A DNA stretch of 64,000 nucleotides. It comes from Salpingoeca rosetta (lineage: Eukaryota; Protista; Choanoflagellata). A model generated the notes under the pieces. That model was given only the letters and a program-made list of their open reading frames with translations. It made no database searches and was not told the DNA's origin. Made by a program: the position numbers and the translations under genes. The stretch lies in NCBI GenBank assembly GCA_033442325.1, contig JAWQFM010000003.1, positions 2,535,970-2,599,969 on the forward strand, in the 5' to 3' direction. Below are positions 15,569 through 28,183 of the stretch, piece by piece (position 1 is the stretch's first letter; each line of letters begins with the position of its first letter).

Positions 15569-16852
15569 TTGTGTGGGTGTGGGTGTGCATGGGTGAGTGG
15601 AGATGGGTGGATGAGCGTGTGTGCATATGTTTGCTTGCGTGTGATTGCGGGCAACCATGCGCCGGTACGCATTCGTATGTAAATAATAGCACGAGCAGCA
15701 AACAACAACACAAACCCCCCCCCCTCTCTCTCTCTCACGCCAGACGCCAGCCAACAATGCCTCACCTCGAATTGCTTGGTGCCATTGAGGGACTGGCGAT
15801 GCGCTGGTGATGCTGGATCGCACATGAACTGCTCAAATACGGCCATCAGCTCCTTCGCTGCACCTTGTCGCTCCATGGCCAGGCGCAGGGCACGACGGCG
15901 CTCGGGGCCTGTGCACCAAACATGCATGAGTGATGATGATGGTGTTGATGTTGTCGTTGTTGGTGGTCGTGATGGTGATGGTGGCGGTGGTGAGCATGCA
16001 GGTGATAGTGATGGGTGCCTTATATGTAAAGGTCAGCTGCAAGATGCAAGACTCCGACATCAGACGTTGGTGAGAGAGCAAGCACAAAACGGACAAGTGC
16101 CGGTGCAACGCACAAAGCTGCACAATGCGGCCACTTCCAGGTGATTTCGCCTTTGAGGGTGGTGTCCTGTCATCGGAGCATCCGAGTATGAGACGCGATG
16201 GGAATAAGACATGGAGGGTGGTAAGGACAAGGGAGCTGCAGCCCACTCAAATACAAGCAAGCACGCACGCACACATACACATATACACACACATACACAA
16301 ACAATACACAGCGCATCTGTTGGCATAGTCCATGTTTTCAGTGTACACGAACACAGACCTGCTGCGCCGTCTGCGCTGTTTGCCGGTAGAGTGGTTGTTG
16401 CCATTGCGTGGCATGAGGACCTCACGGCATCTGGCGCTGCTGCGTTTGTTGCTGCTGGGTGCAGGCGACACCCACTTGTCGCTGGAGCTTGGTGTGGAGC
16501 ACCTGGACGGTGGTCGATCAGTGGATATTGATGAAGCGACATGCCGGTGCGACTGCATCCTGGGCGACAGATTTGTTGGTCGGAGGCGCGGAGATCGGTT
16601 GCGGTGGGGCACGCACAAGGATGGTATCTTGCTGTGCATGTGCTGCAGGTGTGTTGGTGTGAGTGATCCCTTGTGTGTTGCTGCCTTTGAACGGTAGCCG
16701 CGGTGGGATGCCGATAAGGGCGACAGCGGTGTGGTGGCCTTTGGTGAAGCCGCCAAGCTCCTCGTTGGTGTGAGCAGCGCTTGGTGTTGTCGCTGCTGGT
16801 GACTAGCTATGGGCGAGTGCACCGCGCTAGTGGTAGCGCTCAACCCACTCAT
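9482..16852 (-). CDS. Very large coiled-coil protein with an 11-aa tandem repeat region and a small C-terminal globular domain
   Basis: A 3.86-kb exon 14447-10592 (ORF 10545-14396) is followed by exons 10459-10158, 9947-9876 and ~9683-9600. Upstream Ser/Pro/Arg-rich exons lie near 14765-14690, 15500-15095, 15910-15765 and 16852-16360. Both termini are uncertain; an alternative stop is at 9570. Confidence 0.7.
10840..12900 (-). repeat. Coding 33-bp minisatellite of roughly 60 units (AEHAQQLEQKD / AEHAQHVNCIK variants)
   Basis: The unit is visible on the plus strand as variants of gctcagcatccttctgctcaagctgctgtgcgt. Confidence 0.97.
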
Positions 16853-17366
16853 GATTCTCTTGAACAGAGGCACTCTTGCACTTGTGGACTGTGTTTGTGA
16901 TGGCGCTTGTGGTGCAGGCTGTGCAGCGAGCGGGATGGGGGCTGTGAACGTGCTTGTCGTGAATCTGCTTCTTCCCGCCAAATACGGTGAATCCTGGTCC
17001 GGTATCACTTTTTCACCCACTGCTGAAGCTGTAGCTGCTGATGCTGCTGCTTTTGCAACACCTGCCAAGCGTGGTACGAGCCACACGACAGCAAAGAGCG
17101 ACGTGGTGGTGTTTGTGCCTTGCTGCTGGCAGCAACAGAGGTTGTTGGCAGTGTGGTTGATGTGGTGGTGCTGGTGGTTGATGAGTGTGAAGCCTGTTGG
17201 TTGGTTGGGAAAGACGGTTTGGAAATTCGCGGCTGAAATTCGTCACCTTCTACACTTTGTGGTGTCGCAACATGTCGATCTGGCCGGGGGACGCTGCCGA
17301 GCGCACTCGTCATCCAACTCAACACACTCTCACGTCAGACACAACCAGCCACCCACACCAGCCACG

Positions 17367-19233
17367 ATGGACACGTTGACGAAGCAGCATCTGGACTTGC
17401 TCCATGCCATGGATGGCTTCAACGAAGCTGCCCTTGGCTCCTACTTTGAGATTCACCCAGATGGCCAGTACACCGCTGACCAGTACATGGACGTCGAAGT
17501 GCCGGGACAGGACCAATACATGGGTGCGTGGGTTGGTTGTGCGTATTTGTGTTGGTTGTTTGTGTGCGTGTGTAAATGAAATGCTGAAATGAATTAGATG
17601 CGTTGATGCGTTCACATGCGATGAACATGCTTCTCTGCGTTGCAAATTCCAGTGGTTGTGTTCTCTGTGTCGCTGTGATTGCTGTCTGTGGCTGTGATTG
17701 CTGTTGCTCTGATTGTTTCATTGCCACTTCCCGTCACATGTGCTCGCATTCTGTCTGTGTGCGATGGCAGCCGTGTCGCCGTCTTGGCTGAATAACCAAC
17801 AGAGCTTGCTGAAGAAGCAGGTGTGTGTGTGTGTGTGCATGTGTGTGTGCGTGTGTTTGTTTGTTTGTTTGCGTGCGCGCTTCTGCAGGCACACGTGTGC
17901 AAACATGTGCACTGCTTTACATCTGCTCTTCTTCGCTCGTCCTGTGCAGTGTTTGAAAGCACCTGGCAGCCGATGTAAGTGCACCCGCACGTTCTCCTTT
18001 CGTAATCCCTCCCTTTCCACCGCGCGTCCCCTTCCTCTCACGCTGTCCCCCTCCTCTCACACGGTGTCTTCGCGGGGCAATGCCCAAGCAGCCGTGGTTC
18101 CGTGCAGCCCCGTACGGCAGACGAGAGGCGGTTGACGAGCTGCAAGCGGCGCCAGTGGGCACGTTCGTCGTGCGCCCGTCCTCCGACACCGGCAAGTACG
18201 CCATCTCCGTCAAGCGCAAGAACGGGAACGTCGACCACATGCTCATCCTCCCATCTTGGGTACGGCTCTGCGCGTGTGTCCATGTGCGGCGTTTATTTGT
18301 GGATGTGTGTGTGTGTATCTGTGTGTGTGTGTGTGTATCTGTCTGTGTGTGTGCGTGTGTGCGTGTGTGAGTGTCTGTGTGACTTTCTGCGTGCATGTGT
18401 GTCTGTGTAAAATGCTCTGTGTTTGTGTCTGTGTATGCTGCACATGTGCGCAATGCGAAACAGTCTGTGCGGCCCTGCAGCTCCTAGATACAGTTGCACG
18501 CAGGCGTGATTGCTGGGTTGTTGGCGTCTTGGGCTGTTTGTGGCTTCCACCATGATCCCCCCCCCCAATCTTGGCCTGATGCACGTATTTTTCCCGCGCT
18601 GCGTTTGGTTTTCCACTGCAGGGTGGCCCGGACAGCACGGCTCCTGGCCAGACGCAGTATCGAATCGGCACTTATTCCTCGGCCCTCTTCAACACTGTTC
18701 CCAAGCTCATCGCGTATTACGTTGGTGGGTGCTTTGTGTACCTGTGTGTGTGTGTGTATGTTTGTCTGTGTGTTTCTGTGTGTGTGTGCCTGTGTTCATC
18801 GGTGTGTATGTGTGTGTTTGTCTGTGTGTGTCTGTGTGTGTCTATGTCTCTCTGTGTGTGTGCCTGTGTTCATCGGTGTGTATGTGTGTGTTTGTCTGTG
18901 TGTGTCTGTGTGTGTCTATGTCTCTCTGTGTGTGTGCCTGTGTTTATCGGTGTGTATGTGTGTGTGTGTGTGTGTGTGGTAAGTTGGGTGCACACGCCGG
19001 TCCAGCCTGCTGTGTTTGCTTGGCTGCACACCAGCAATGCCAAACAAGCCATTGGCGAGCCGACAGGGCACATTCCATCACTCATTCCTGTATCACCCTC
19101 CACTGTTGACTCACGCCACATTATTTTCACAGTGCACCCATATTTCGACGATGAGATGCTGGCTGGCATTGTGCTGCCGGAAGAGCAGGAAGGCGGTTAC
19201 AACTACATGGATGTGTGTCCCGTGCGGAAATGA
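17367..19233 (+). CDS. Small single-SH2-domain adaptor protein with YMDV-type tyrosine motifs
   Basis: Spliced product ...[15 protein letters not shown]|[17 protein letters not shown]|[52 protein letters not shown]...[13 protein letters not shown]|[35 protein letters not shown]2 signatures [11 protein letters not shown] and F.TV..LI.YY are present. Confidence 0.85.
18781..18960. repeat. 74-bp intronic minisatellite (about 2.5 copies) built from TG-rich units
   Basis: The anchor catcgg/tatcgg recurs at 18797, 18871 and 18945. Confidence 0.8.
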
Positions 19234-19780
19234 GGATGGCCTGGTGTTATCGTTTCATTGTGTCACCGTGCAATGGTGCCATGCACCCTTCCTCCTTCCC
19301 CCTCCTCAACTCTGGTTGCGTCTCGGCTATCATTGTGCTTCCGCTCGCTTCTCAGCTTGCTTTTTCACCTCACCACCACCACCTTTCATGCTTTCTGATT
19401 GATGATTGTTGCATTTTGACGGGTTACACATTGCCTTGGACTCATCCCCCTCCTCCTCATCATCATCTTCTTCATGCATCATCAGCACGTGCGTTAAACG
19501 GCTTTTCTTCCGTCTTGTTAAAGCCCATCCACCATAGACAACCCAAATGGGACTGACAAAACAAAAATGAATTACCATCTGTTCACGCACGAGTGGACAT
19601 GCTGCCAGCTGAAAGGCTGAAGCCTTTGGATTCATGGACGTTGGTGAACAATGGAGTCACTGTTCCATAGTCGAGGGTGGCATGCGTATGGCGACACGGT
19701 GATGTGGATGCCAGTGGAACCGAAGGATTTGGTCGCAGCAAGTGTTCATTTTGGTGCAGCTGACGGTGCAAGTGAGCAGC

Positions 19781-21767
19781 ATGAACCACGCCAAGTGCGA
19801 GCGAGAAGCCGAAGGGATGGCATCGGAGGACGTCAACGGGTACCGGCGCGTACGGCTGGTGGGGTCTGGGTCGTTTGGCAAGGCGTGGCTCGTGCAGCGT
19901 AAGACATCGCTCTCGCAGTATGTGATGAAGGAGATTGCGGTGCGCTTGCTGGACGAGGGTGCACGCAAGGCAGCCGTGAACGAGGTAATGGTGCTGCAGC
20001 AGCTGCGACACCCGTACATTGTGCGATACCGCGACGCCTTTTGCCACAACGGCATGTTGTGCATCTGCATGGAATATGCGGCAGGTGGCGATCTTTCCGC
20101 TCGCATCGCAAAGCAGCGAGCGCAGGGCTTGTTTCCGGAGGCCAAGGTGCTGGATTACCTCACCCAGCTCACGCTCGCGCTTGCATATCTACATCGAAAG
20201 AACATTCTGCACAGAGACCTCAAAAGCCAGGTGCGGGCACACACGACAGTCTTTGGTAACTCAAAGGCACCTTTCGTTCTGTGTATGCGTGTGTATGCGT
20301 GTGTGTGTGTGTGTCTGTGTGTGTCTGTGTGTGTCTGTGTGTGTGTGTGTGTTGTGATATGACGTGGGTTTGGTTCATGCGGCCCTCTCCCCGGTTATTC
20401 TGTCACTCGTGCCTCGTGTTCATCTCGCAGAGTGACATTATGCACCGCCTCACCACGCCTCACCACGCCTCATCGGCCCGCTTGCACACACTATGTGCCA
20501 CTGGCATGTCACTCAGAACGTGTTCTTGTCAGCGAGGGACCACGTCAAGCTGGGGGACTTTGGCATCTCAAAGGTGCTGACAGACACGCAGCAGCACGCG
20601 AGCACTCTGGTTGGCACGCCGTTCTATCTCTCGCCAGAGATTTGCATGTCCATGCCGTATGGGCAGAAGAGCGACACGTGGGCGCTGGGGTGCGTGCTGT
20701 ATGAGCTGCTGACACTCAAGCACGCGTTCCGTGCACACAGCATCAGCAGCCTGATGGTGCGCATCATGGGCGGCCACTACCCGGAGCCGAGCCTGGGCTA
20801 CTCCGCGGCAACGCGGCGCCTGGTCCGCCACCTCCTCGATGTCCGGCCAGACAGCCGCTGGGACACGAGCGTCCTGCTCCAGCAGCACGTGCTGCAGCCG
20901 CATGTTCTCAAATACGTCAAGGCGTGCGACATGGACCATGTTCCCCTCGGACCCCACCTGCGCGCAGCCATCGCGGAGAAGGCCGCCGCACCACACGCCC
21001 AGCTGCGCAAGGAGCAGGTACAGGTGCAGCCGGCCCAGACGCGGCGACCGGTTCGGAAGCTACCAAGGCCGGAACCGTCATTGTCACCTTCGCCGATCAA
21101 GCGCCAGGATGTGCCCGACCGGGAGCACGAACATCAGCCAGGCCAGCCAGTGCAGAGGTCGCCCCAGCATGACCACCAGCACCAGCACCAGCACCAGCAG
21201 CAGCTTGTGGAAGATGGCCGAGCAAAAGTCACCCTTCGGACACCGCACACCGAACGACTGACGAGCTGTGAACCCGACGACGAGGAATGGGGTGTGGAGG
21301 ATGAGGAGGAAGAAGAAGAGACCACAGAGGAGAGAGGGGACGTCGAGTGCGTTGAAGAGCAAGGTGCACGCCAACACCAACAACAGCAACAGCAGCAGCA
21401 CCAAGGGCATGGTCATCACCACAACAAAGACGCGAGGAATGCAAGCCGGTCAACAGCGTCTGAGCAAGAGGAGGTGGCCAAGTTCATGCTTGGGGACGCA
21501 ACGCTGCATCTGCAAGGCGTGAAGAGCGACGACAGCATGTTCACGAGGCTGGAGGCGCTTCGGCAGTTCCTGGAGCTGCGGCTTGGCGAAGACCGCCTCG
21601 CTGCCGCCTACGCAGAGGTCTACGCAACGCTGATGGATGACGACGATGACGATGATGATGATAACGACGACGGCGATAGCTTGTGCCTGTCTGATCCCGT
21701 TGTGAACGTGTATGCGCCTTTAATCGTGCAGCTGGTGTACGCCGAGCTGTCGACCAAGCATGACTGA
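19781..21767 (+). CDS. NEK1: NIMA-related kinase, NEK1-like (2 exons; intron 20231-20516; start at 19781 or 19817)
   Basis: Kinase motifs VGSGSFGKAWLV, YVMKEI, EVMVLQQLRHPYIVRY, MEYAAGGDL, ILHRDLKSQ|NVFL, KLGDFGISKVL, VGTPFYLSPEIC and KSDTWALGCVLYEL. The C-terminal FTRLEALRQFLELRLGEDRLAAAY...YAPLIVQLVYAE resembles the NEK1 C-terminal domain. Confidence 0.85.
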
Positions 21768-22035
21768 CGAACTGACCGGCAAGCTGGCAGCAGAGGACGC
21801 CCCGTGTCTGCCTGTGCCTGTGCCCGTGTCTGCCTGTGCCTGTGCCCGTGTCTGCCTGTGCATGTCACCGCCAGTGCATTTGTGTTCATGATCCGCACAC
21901 TCGAGAACAAAAGGGGCCTAGAATCGCACATTTGGCGCTGTTAAGCGTGCATTAAACCCGTGTCGATGATGTCATCAAATCACATCTCATGTGCCATTCA
22001 CATCATCACATCATCAAGCAGCCAAGCAAGCCGAG

Positions 22036-23648
22036 ATGACGACAACATCCTCACCGCTGGTGGTGCTCATGCTGGCCACGGCGGCGGGGGTGGTGTTGGC
22101 TGCCCTGGTGCCTGCGGTGCACTGCATCCCAGACACACCATCTGCCAAACTGTACGCCGACAACGACGGGAATCTGCTGGTAACAACATACGGCTTGAGC
22201 GGCGACGTGATCGTTGACGGCGTGCCCATCAAACGGAAGCTCAGTGAGCTCGAGCAGATGTACAACACCTTGGTGGAGCAAGTTGCTGGCCAGACTCAGA
22301 GCGGTACCGAAGGTGCCGGCAGCACGGGCTCAACAAACCCCGGCAGCGCAGCGACTTGTTCCGGCTCTTACCCTGCTGGGGCATACTGCATGTTTGACAC
22401 GACTGCGCTGCTCCTGAACAACCAACTCGCCTCCCGCAACCCACACATGCTGACGCGCCTGCGGCACATTGCACAGTCAACGGCGACGCCCACGGCCTAC
22501 GCATTCCACCAGACGGGGAAGAACAGTTTTGTTAACGTCGTGAACAACTTCACCACCATCGTGTATGACAGGGAGCTGCACACGCTGCGCCCGACGCTCC
22601 CGCCAGTGTTCGACTCGAGTGCGGTGGAGCTGTACCAGTACCAGGGCCCCACGGTTGGGCACACGCAAATCGTGCACACGCTGGATGGCCGAGACTTGTT
22701 TCTTTGCTTGCTTCGGGATGAAGTCAGCGGCACGCAGCGCGTCAAGGCATTCGCTGTCACCGAGGATAGCGTCGACAGCACGCGCCTCACGCTGACGGAG
22801 GCGACAGATATCACGGCTGTTGGCCCGACCGCGTTGTGGTTTGTTGCGTCCCCCACGCACGTTGTGGTCCCCAATACGAACAGCAAGGTGGCCATCTTCA
22901 CCGTGGATTACGAAGTCACTGCCCCCGATGACTCCTTCTACTTTGACTTTGACACAGGGAACACCCCGGAAGAGCAAGGCAAGGTGATTGTCGGGAGTGC
23001 AATCCTTCCCACCAGGGTCTATGTCGCCCTGGCAAAGAACGGCAAGGGTAGCGTGCGCGTCTTCACGCTTCCCTCGGACGGGTCAAACCCAGAGCTGCTC
23101 AACCAGAAGCTCACGTTTGATGTTGGTATTCGTGACATCTACACGCTCGGAGAGGACCGCCTTGTTGTTCGTCTCGCCGATGACAACAGCACGAACGTCG
23201 TGTACGACCTCAGCACCAACGCCTTCACCGTGAGTTGCAGGGGAGGGGGTTGTGTGTGTGTGTGCGTATGTGTGTGTGTGTGTTTGTGTTTGTGTGGAAG
23301 GGGGGGGGGTTGGGTGGTCACACATTGTACGTGCAGGTATGCGTCACGGCTGTGTTGTTTATCCGCTTTTCTTTGTCGGCCCCTCATCACTTCATCAGCA
23401 CCTTGCTGCACCTCAACTCATTCATGAATCACGCATCGTGCATGCTGCCACGTTTAATGCATGTCCTCTCTCGTTTCTCCACTTCCACTGCTTGCCGTGT
23501 GTGTTCGAACAAAGAACCGTGGCTCGTTCATCTTGCCGACAGACACGACGGGCACAACCAACTTTGACGTGAACGGCTGCCTTGCTCTCTTTTCCACTCC
23601 CAACGTACGTGCAGGCTGTGCGTGCGTGTGTATGTGCGCTGTGACAGG

Positions 23649-23727
<79 letters not shown>

Positions 23728-24002
23728 CACTGTGTTTGCTGGCACGTTGATGACCCCCCCCCCCCTGCCTTTCAGTTCACCCGGCACATGCTCACATCAC
23801 TTCACACTACTGAACACTGTCCCCTCTGTGTACATGCACATCACGACCACCACAACAACAGGATGGCCTGCATCTTTTCAACCTGACAACAGCCGTTCCC
23901 ACGAACATCCTCACCCTGCCCCACCCTGGCGGTAACCCACGCGTCGCGGCAACAGCAAATGGTTTTGCAGTCACAAACAGCACCCACCTCTTGTTCTACT
24001 GA
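22036..24002 (+). CDS. Secreted protein: signal peptide, cubilin-N-like beta segment plus short coiled coil, and a beta-rich (propeller-like) body (3 exons)
   Basis: Exons 22036-23229, 23515-23604 and ~23862-24002. A hydrophobic leader (LVVLMLATAAGVVLAALVPAVHC) is followed by AKLYADNDGNLLVTTYGLSGDVIVDGVPIKRKLSELEQMYNTLVEQV. Several N-x-S/T sites are present and there is no obvious TM anchor. Confidence 0.75.
23648..23727. repeat. (GTT)n trinucleotide microsatellite, intronic
   Basis: Perfect GTT run seen directly. Confidence 0.95.
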
Positions 24003-24014
24003 CCGAGGTTGTGC

Positions 24015-24055
<41 letters not shown>

Positions 24056-24165
24056 TGTGTGTGTGCGGCGGGCGAGTTGATCTAATGATACGATTGTTTA
24101 GAGTCATTCACGTCAATAAAGACAAGATGCACGAAATACAACTGAAGTTATGGCACACACAAGTA

Positions 24166-24227
<62 letters not shown>

Positions 24228-24269
24228 GCACGTGTTTCCATCAGCCTTCGCATACGGTGCCTGCTGCCA

Positions 24270-25993
24270 TCACGCTTTCCTCGGCTTCATCACATTGCGT
24301 TGAACGGCCTCAAAGTCAATCTCAATCTCCGTTTCCGTCGGCTCAAACCGCCTGCACACACACACACACACGCACAAGCACACACACACACACAAGCACA
24401 CACACACACACACACAAGCACATACACATACATGTGGGGAAGCAGCACCAAGTCAACGTGACTATGGAATGGTTGAGGTGGGATGTGACCACACATGCAA
24501 AAGCAGCTTGGGATCGAGACACGTGCATGGCAAACCGACCTGCACTTGACGCGTGCAAGCTTGAACAAGCGGCGGCTGGCCATGTACGGTGTTGCATTGT
24601 GCATCTTCAACAAAGGGAGAGGTTCGTTGCATCCGCGTGCGTGTGCGCATGCGCGCATGTGAGTTGTCAGTTGTGCTTGTATGTGTGTGCGCGTCTGCGT
24701 GCGCATGTGCATGGTAGCACAGGAGCACTTGATGGCGACCAGCAAACACACACAGCACAAGTACAGCAAACACAAGGCAGAGAGGGGTCGCTCAGCGGAC
24801 CTCATCTGCGACGTAGACAACCTCCTTGATGCCGGCTTGGATGATGAGCTTGGCAGACTCGTTGTCGGGAAACTGCATCACATATCTGACGGGTGAGCGT
24901 GTATGAGTGAGTGAGTGAGTGAGTGAGTGTAGATGTGTGTGTGTGTGTGAGTGCGTGAGTGTGCATATGTGTGAGTGAGCGAGTGTGTGTGTGTGTGTTG
25001 GATGGGTTCGTGTACGCGCTTGCTGATTCGTGTGCTTCCGCCGGCCCTTCAGCCCCACAACTAGCATCCTCACCTCTCACACACATGGACACACACACAC
25101 ACACACACACACACGTACACACACTCAAACACAATGACAACAACCCACATGCGACAGCCGCGAATGCTGGACGAGTTGCGGTTGAGAATGGCGTTCATCT
25201 CTGCCTGACAGACAAAGGGGTACTTTGTGTCAAGGACCGAGTCTCCTTGGCTGCGCCATGGCAGCTTGTCATCGCTACATCCGCGTGGCATCCCATTGTA
25301 CCCTGGCGACGGGCGTGCACATGGAGACGACAACGACAATAATGTCAGCAGTGCTGGCTGGGTGCGACTCAGTGGTGGCACAACACCGCAAAGGCATACC
25401 ACAGTTGATCGCAGCACTTGACGGATGCAACACGAGGGCAATGACACAAAGAAGCGGAGGAAGGCGCCCAGTTGCATAGCTGAAATCGACGCACCAATGC
25501 CGACGATCTTGTTCTCTGAATTGACGATGCAAGCACCAAACTGGGACCTGTCAGTCGTGATGTGTGCGTGTGTGCGTGTGTGTGTGAGAGAGAGTGTGTG
25601 TGTGTGTGTGAGAGAGAGAGAGTGTGTGTGTGTGTGTGAGTGGGTTAGAGTGACAGTGAATGTGTGCGCGCACAAGCAGGAGAGCGAGAGAGTCACTCTC
25701 TGAGTGTGTGAGTGAGTGAGTGTGTGTGTGTGTGTGTGAGTGAGTGTACCGCAAATCACCACCACCACCACCACCAACAACAACAAAGATGTGTTGAAAA
25801 AGCCCCTTCCTCCCCTCCCCTCTCACACTCCCACATCTCACCCTTGACTGCTTGCCCCGCTTGGCCACTCTTACTCTGGGTCCTTGCTTCGCTGGGCTGA
25901 AAGGAAGGCCACTGCCATGAAGTAATCCTCCCAGCAGATGTGCCGCTGTCGTCGCGGCTGTGGCTGCGGCTGTGGCTGTGGCGGCATTTCCAT
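24270..25993 (-). CDS. DCTD: dCMP deaminase homologue with substituted zinc ligands (probable pseudoenzyme; 6 exons)
   Basis: Spliced product ...[53 protein letters not shown]...[56 protein letters not shown]...ASRRLFKLARVKCRRFEPTETEIEIDF. It is colinear with eukaryotic DCTD, but HAE is QAE and PCNEC is PDNES. Confidence 0.9.
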
Positions 25994-26025
25994 CGTTGTG
26001 TTGTCCTCCTCCTCTTGTTTTCTTG

Positions 26026-26034
26026 GCGGCAAAA
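26026..26034 (-). promoter_or_regulatory. Single E2F-type site (TTTTGCCGC on the minus strand) just upstream of the DCTD-like ATG
   Basis: The plus strand reads ttggcggcaaaa at 26023-26034, matching TTTSSCGC. A single short match could be chance. Confidence 0.35.
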
Positions 26035-26356
26035 GGACTTTGCTGGTTTCTGCTGACTCAGCAATATTGCTTCGCACCAGACCGCAACTGTCGGAGTTTG
26101 CTGCCGCTGCGAGTTGTCATGTCTCACATCATCACGCAAGCTTCCGTGCGTGCCTCAAAGCGTTTAATGGTTGCACGGTTGTGTATGTTTGTGAAATACG
26201 ACACGAAGGCAATGACACCCCTCCTACACCTTCCCATCCCCGCTCTCCTTCCTCGATCAATGAAACTTAGTGGCATCACATCACCAGTTCAAACTGCAAA
26301 CTTGCGGTAGCGATGCGATGAGAACCCTGTTGACTATGTGCCCGTCCCAGGCGCGA

Positions 26357-27561
26357 TCACCTTCCCTTTCGTTTCCGTCCGAGCAACGACTCCCACCTGC
26401 AGTAGCGCATGCGACAATGGAGGGAGTGGAAGAGGCAACACACGCAGACAACACACGGAGGCAACAACATCCGCGTCAGCAATAGCAAATGTCAGCGCAT
26501 ACATGCGAATCTACAAGCAATGGCCACGCAAAATCCATATGCACTGACAAACGCTTCCAAACTCATATGCACACACACACAGACACACACTCAAACACAG
26601 AGACGCAAACGCGCACAGACACAGCCACACACAGCCACACACAGACACACGCGTGCACAGACACACACACGCACGCATGCGCACACAGCACGCACGAACC
26701 ATCCAAAGCCCCAGAAGTGCTTGTCGGTAAACTTGGGTTTGGCGCGCGCGTCGCGTTTGGAGAGCCAGTCCCTTGCGGCCGCCGTGGCCGAGGCCGAGGG
26801 AGCAGCGTTCTCCACGTCAAAGACACCCGTGTTGCTGCCCAGCTCAAGGAACGCAGCGTCGATGCCAACCATGCCCAGTCCAGGCTGGCAACGTGGGACG
26901 CACCCACAAACACACACATGCATGGTCAGCGAAGACGAAATGGTGGCGAAAGAAATGCGCAAAGGTAGAATGGAGAAGCAAACAGGCAACACAGATATTG
27001 ACTCTGTGCGTTGTCGATGTGGGCTGTACAGTGCAATCACACCTGGTGTGGCTGCGATAGGTAGCTTGGGCTTCGCATTTCATTCAGGCGCGAGATGCAC
27101 CGCTTTGATGCAAACAGCTCCTCCTCGCCCGTAAACAGCATGTTCTTGTACACATCTGGTCCATCGCGCCCCAACTGCATCAACGTCGTTGTGGTCACGC
27201 GGTCATGTGTGTGTTCGTCAGTGCGCGCGTGTGTGAGTGTGTGTTTGAGAGACAGAGACAGAGACAGAGACAGAGACAGAGGCAGACAGACAGACAGACA
27301 GACAGACAGAGATACAGAGAGACAGACAGGCAGAGTCACTGAGCGTGTTGTTGCTTGCACGCGACTTGCTCGTGATCAACCAAGAAACATGCAGCGTGTA
27401 TCGCAAAATGGAGGACCACGGCTGGATGTTGATTCGCAACACTGCACGAGTTGCATTCAAACCAGCCGCAATCGAATACCAACGTACGTCATACATCATC
27501 TCGCCAAGCATGTCACCATGCATAATCTCAAACCGGTCGTGATCCGTGTCGTCCACCTGTC

Positions 27562-27595
<34 letters not shown>

Positions 27596-28095
27596 CCAGT
27601 TCAGTGTCGTGGGTTGTTGTACGTGCGTGCAAGTGCCACAGAAGGCGCACAATGACGCAACTGCTTGTACCGCTCCAAGGTATTCTCACCACCACCTGTC
27701 TCTGCACCACCACCACCACCACAATGCATCACCACCACCAGCAACAGCAGCACTTAGTCTCTTCACCACCCCCATCAATATCAGCACCACCACACCCCCA
27801 TCAATATCAGCACCACCTCAAGGAAGAGGCGATCGATGGGGAGTTCGACGGCGGCGAAGAGTTTCGTGCGGCACTCGTACAGCGCATCGATGAGTGTGAT
27901 GAACCGCCGCGCCTCGTTCCGCGACGACATGCGCAGCTGGTGCAGTCGTGGTGGTCATGGTGGTCGTGGTGGTGCAGTTGTGGCGTGTGTGGGTAGGCGA
28001 GTGAGCGAGCGAGCGAGCGGGTGAGTGAGTGAATTAACACTTGGATCATCCACCCACTTCTTCGCCTCCCTCGCATTTTTCCACGCTATCCATCG

Positions 28096-28183
<88 letters not shown>

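Noticed and set aside
24270-25993. Calling the DCTD homologue a pseudogene
   Set aside because: The reading frame, splice sites and non-ligand residues are intact, so a pseudoenzyme is the better reading.
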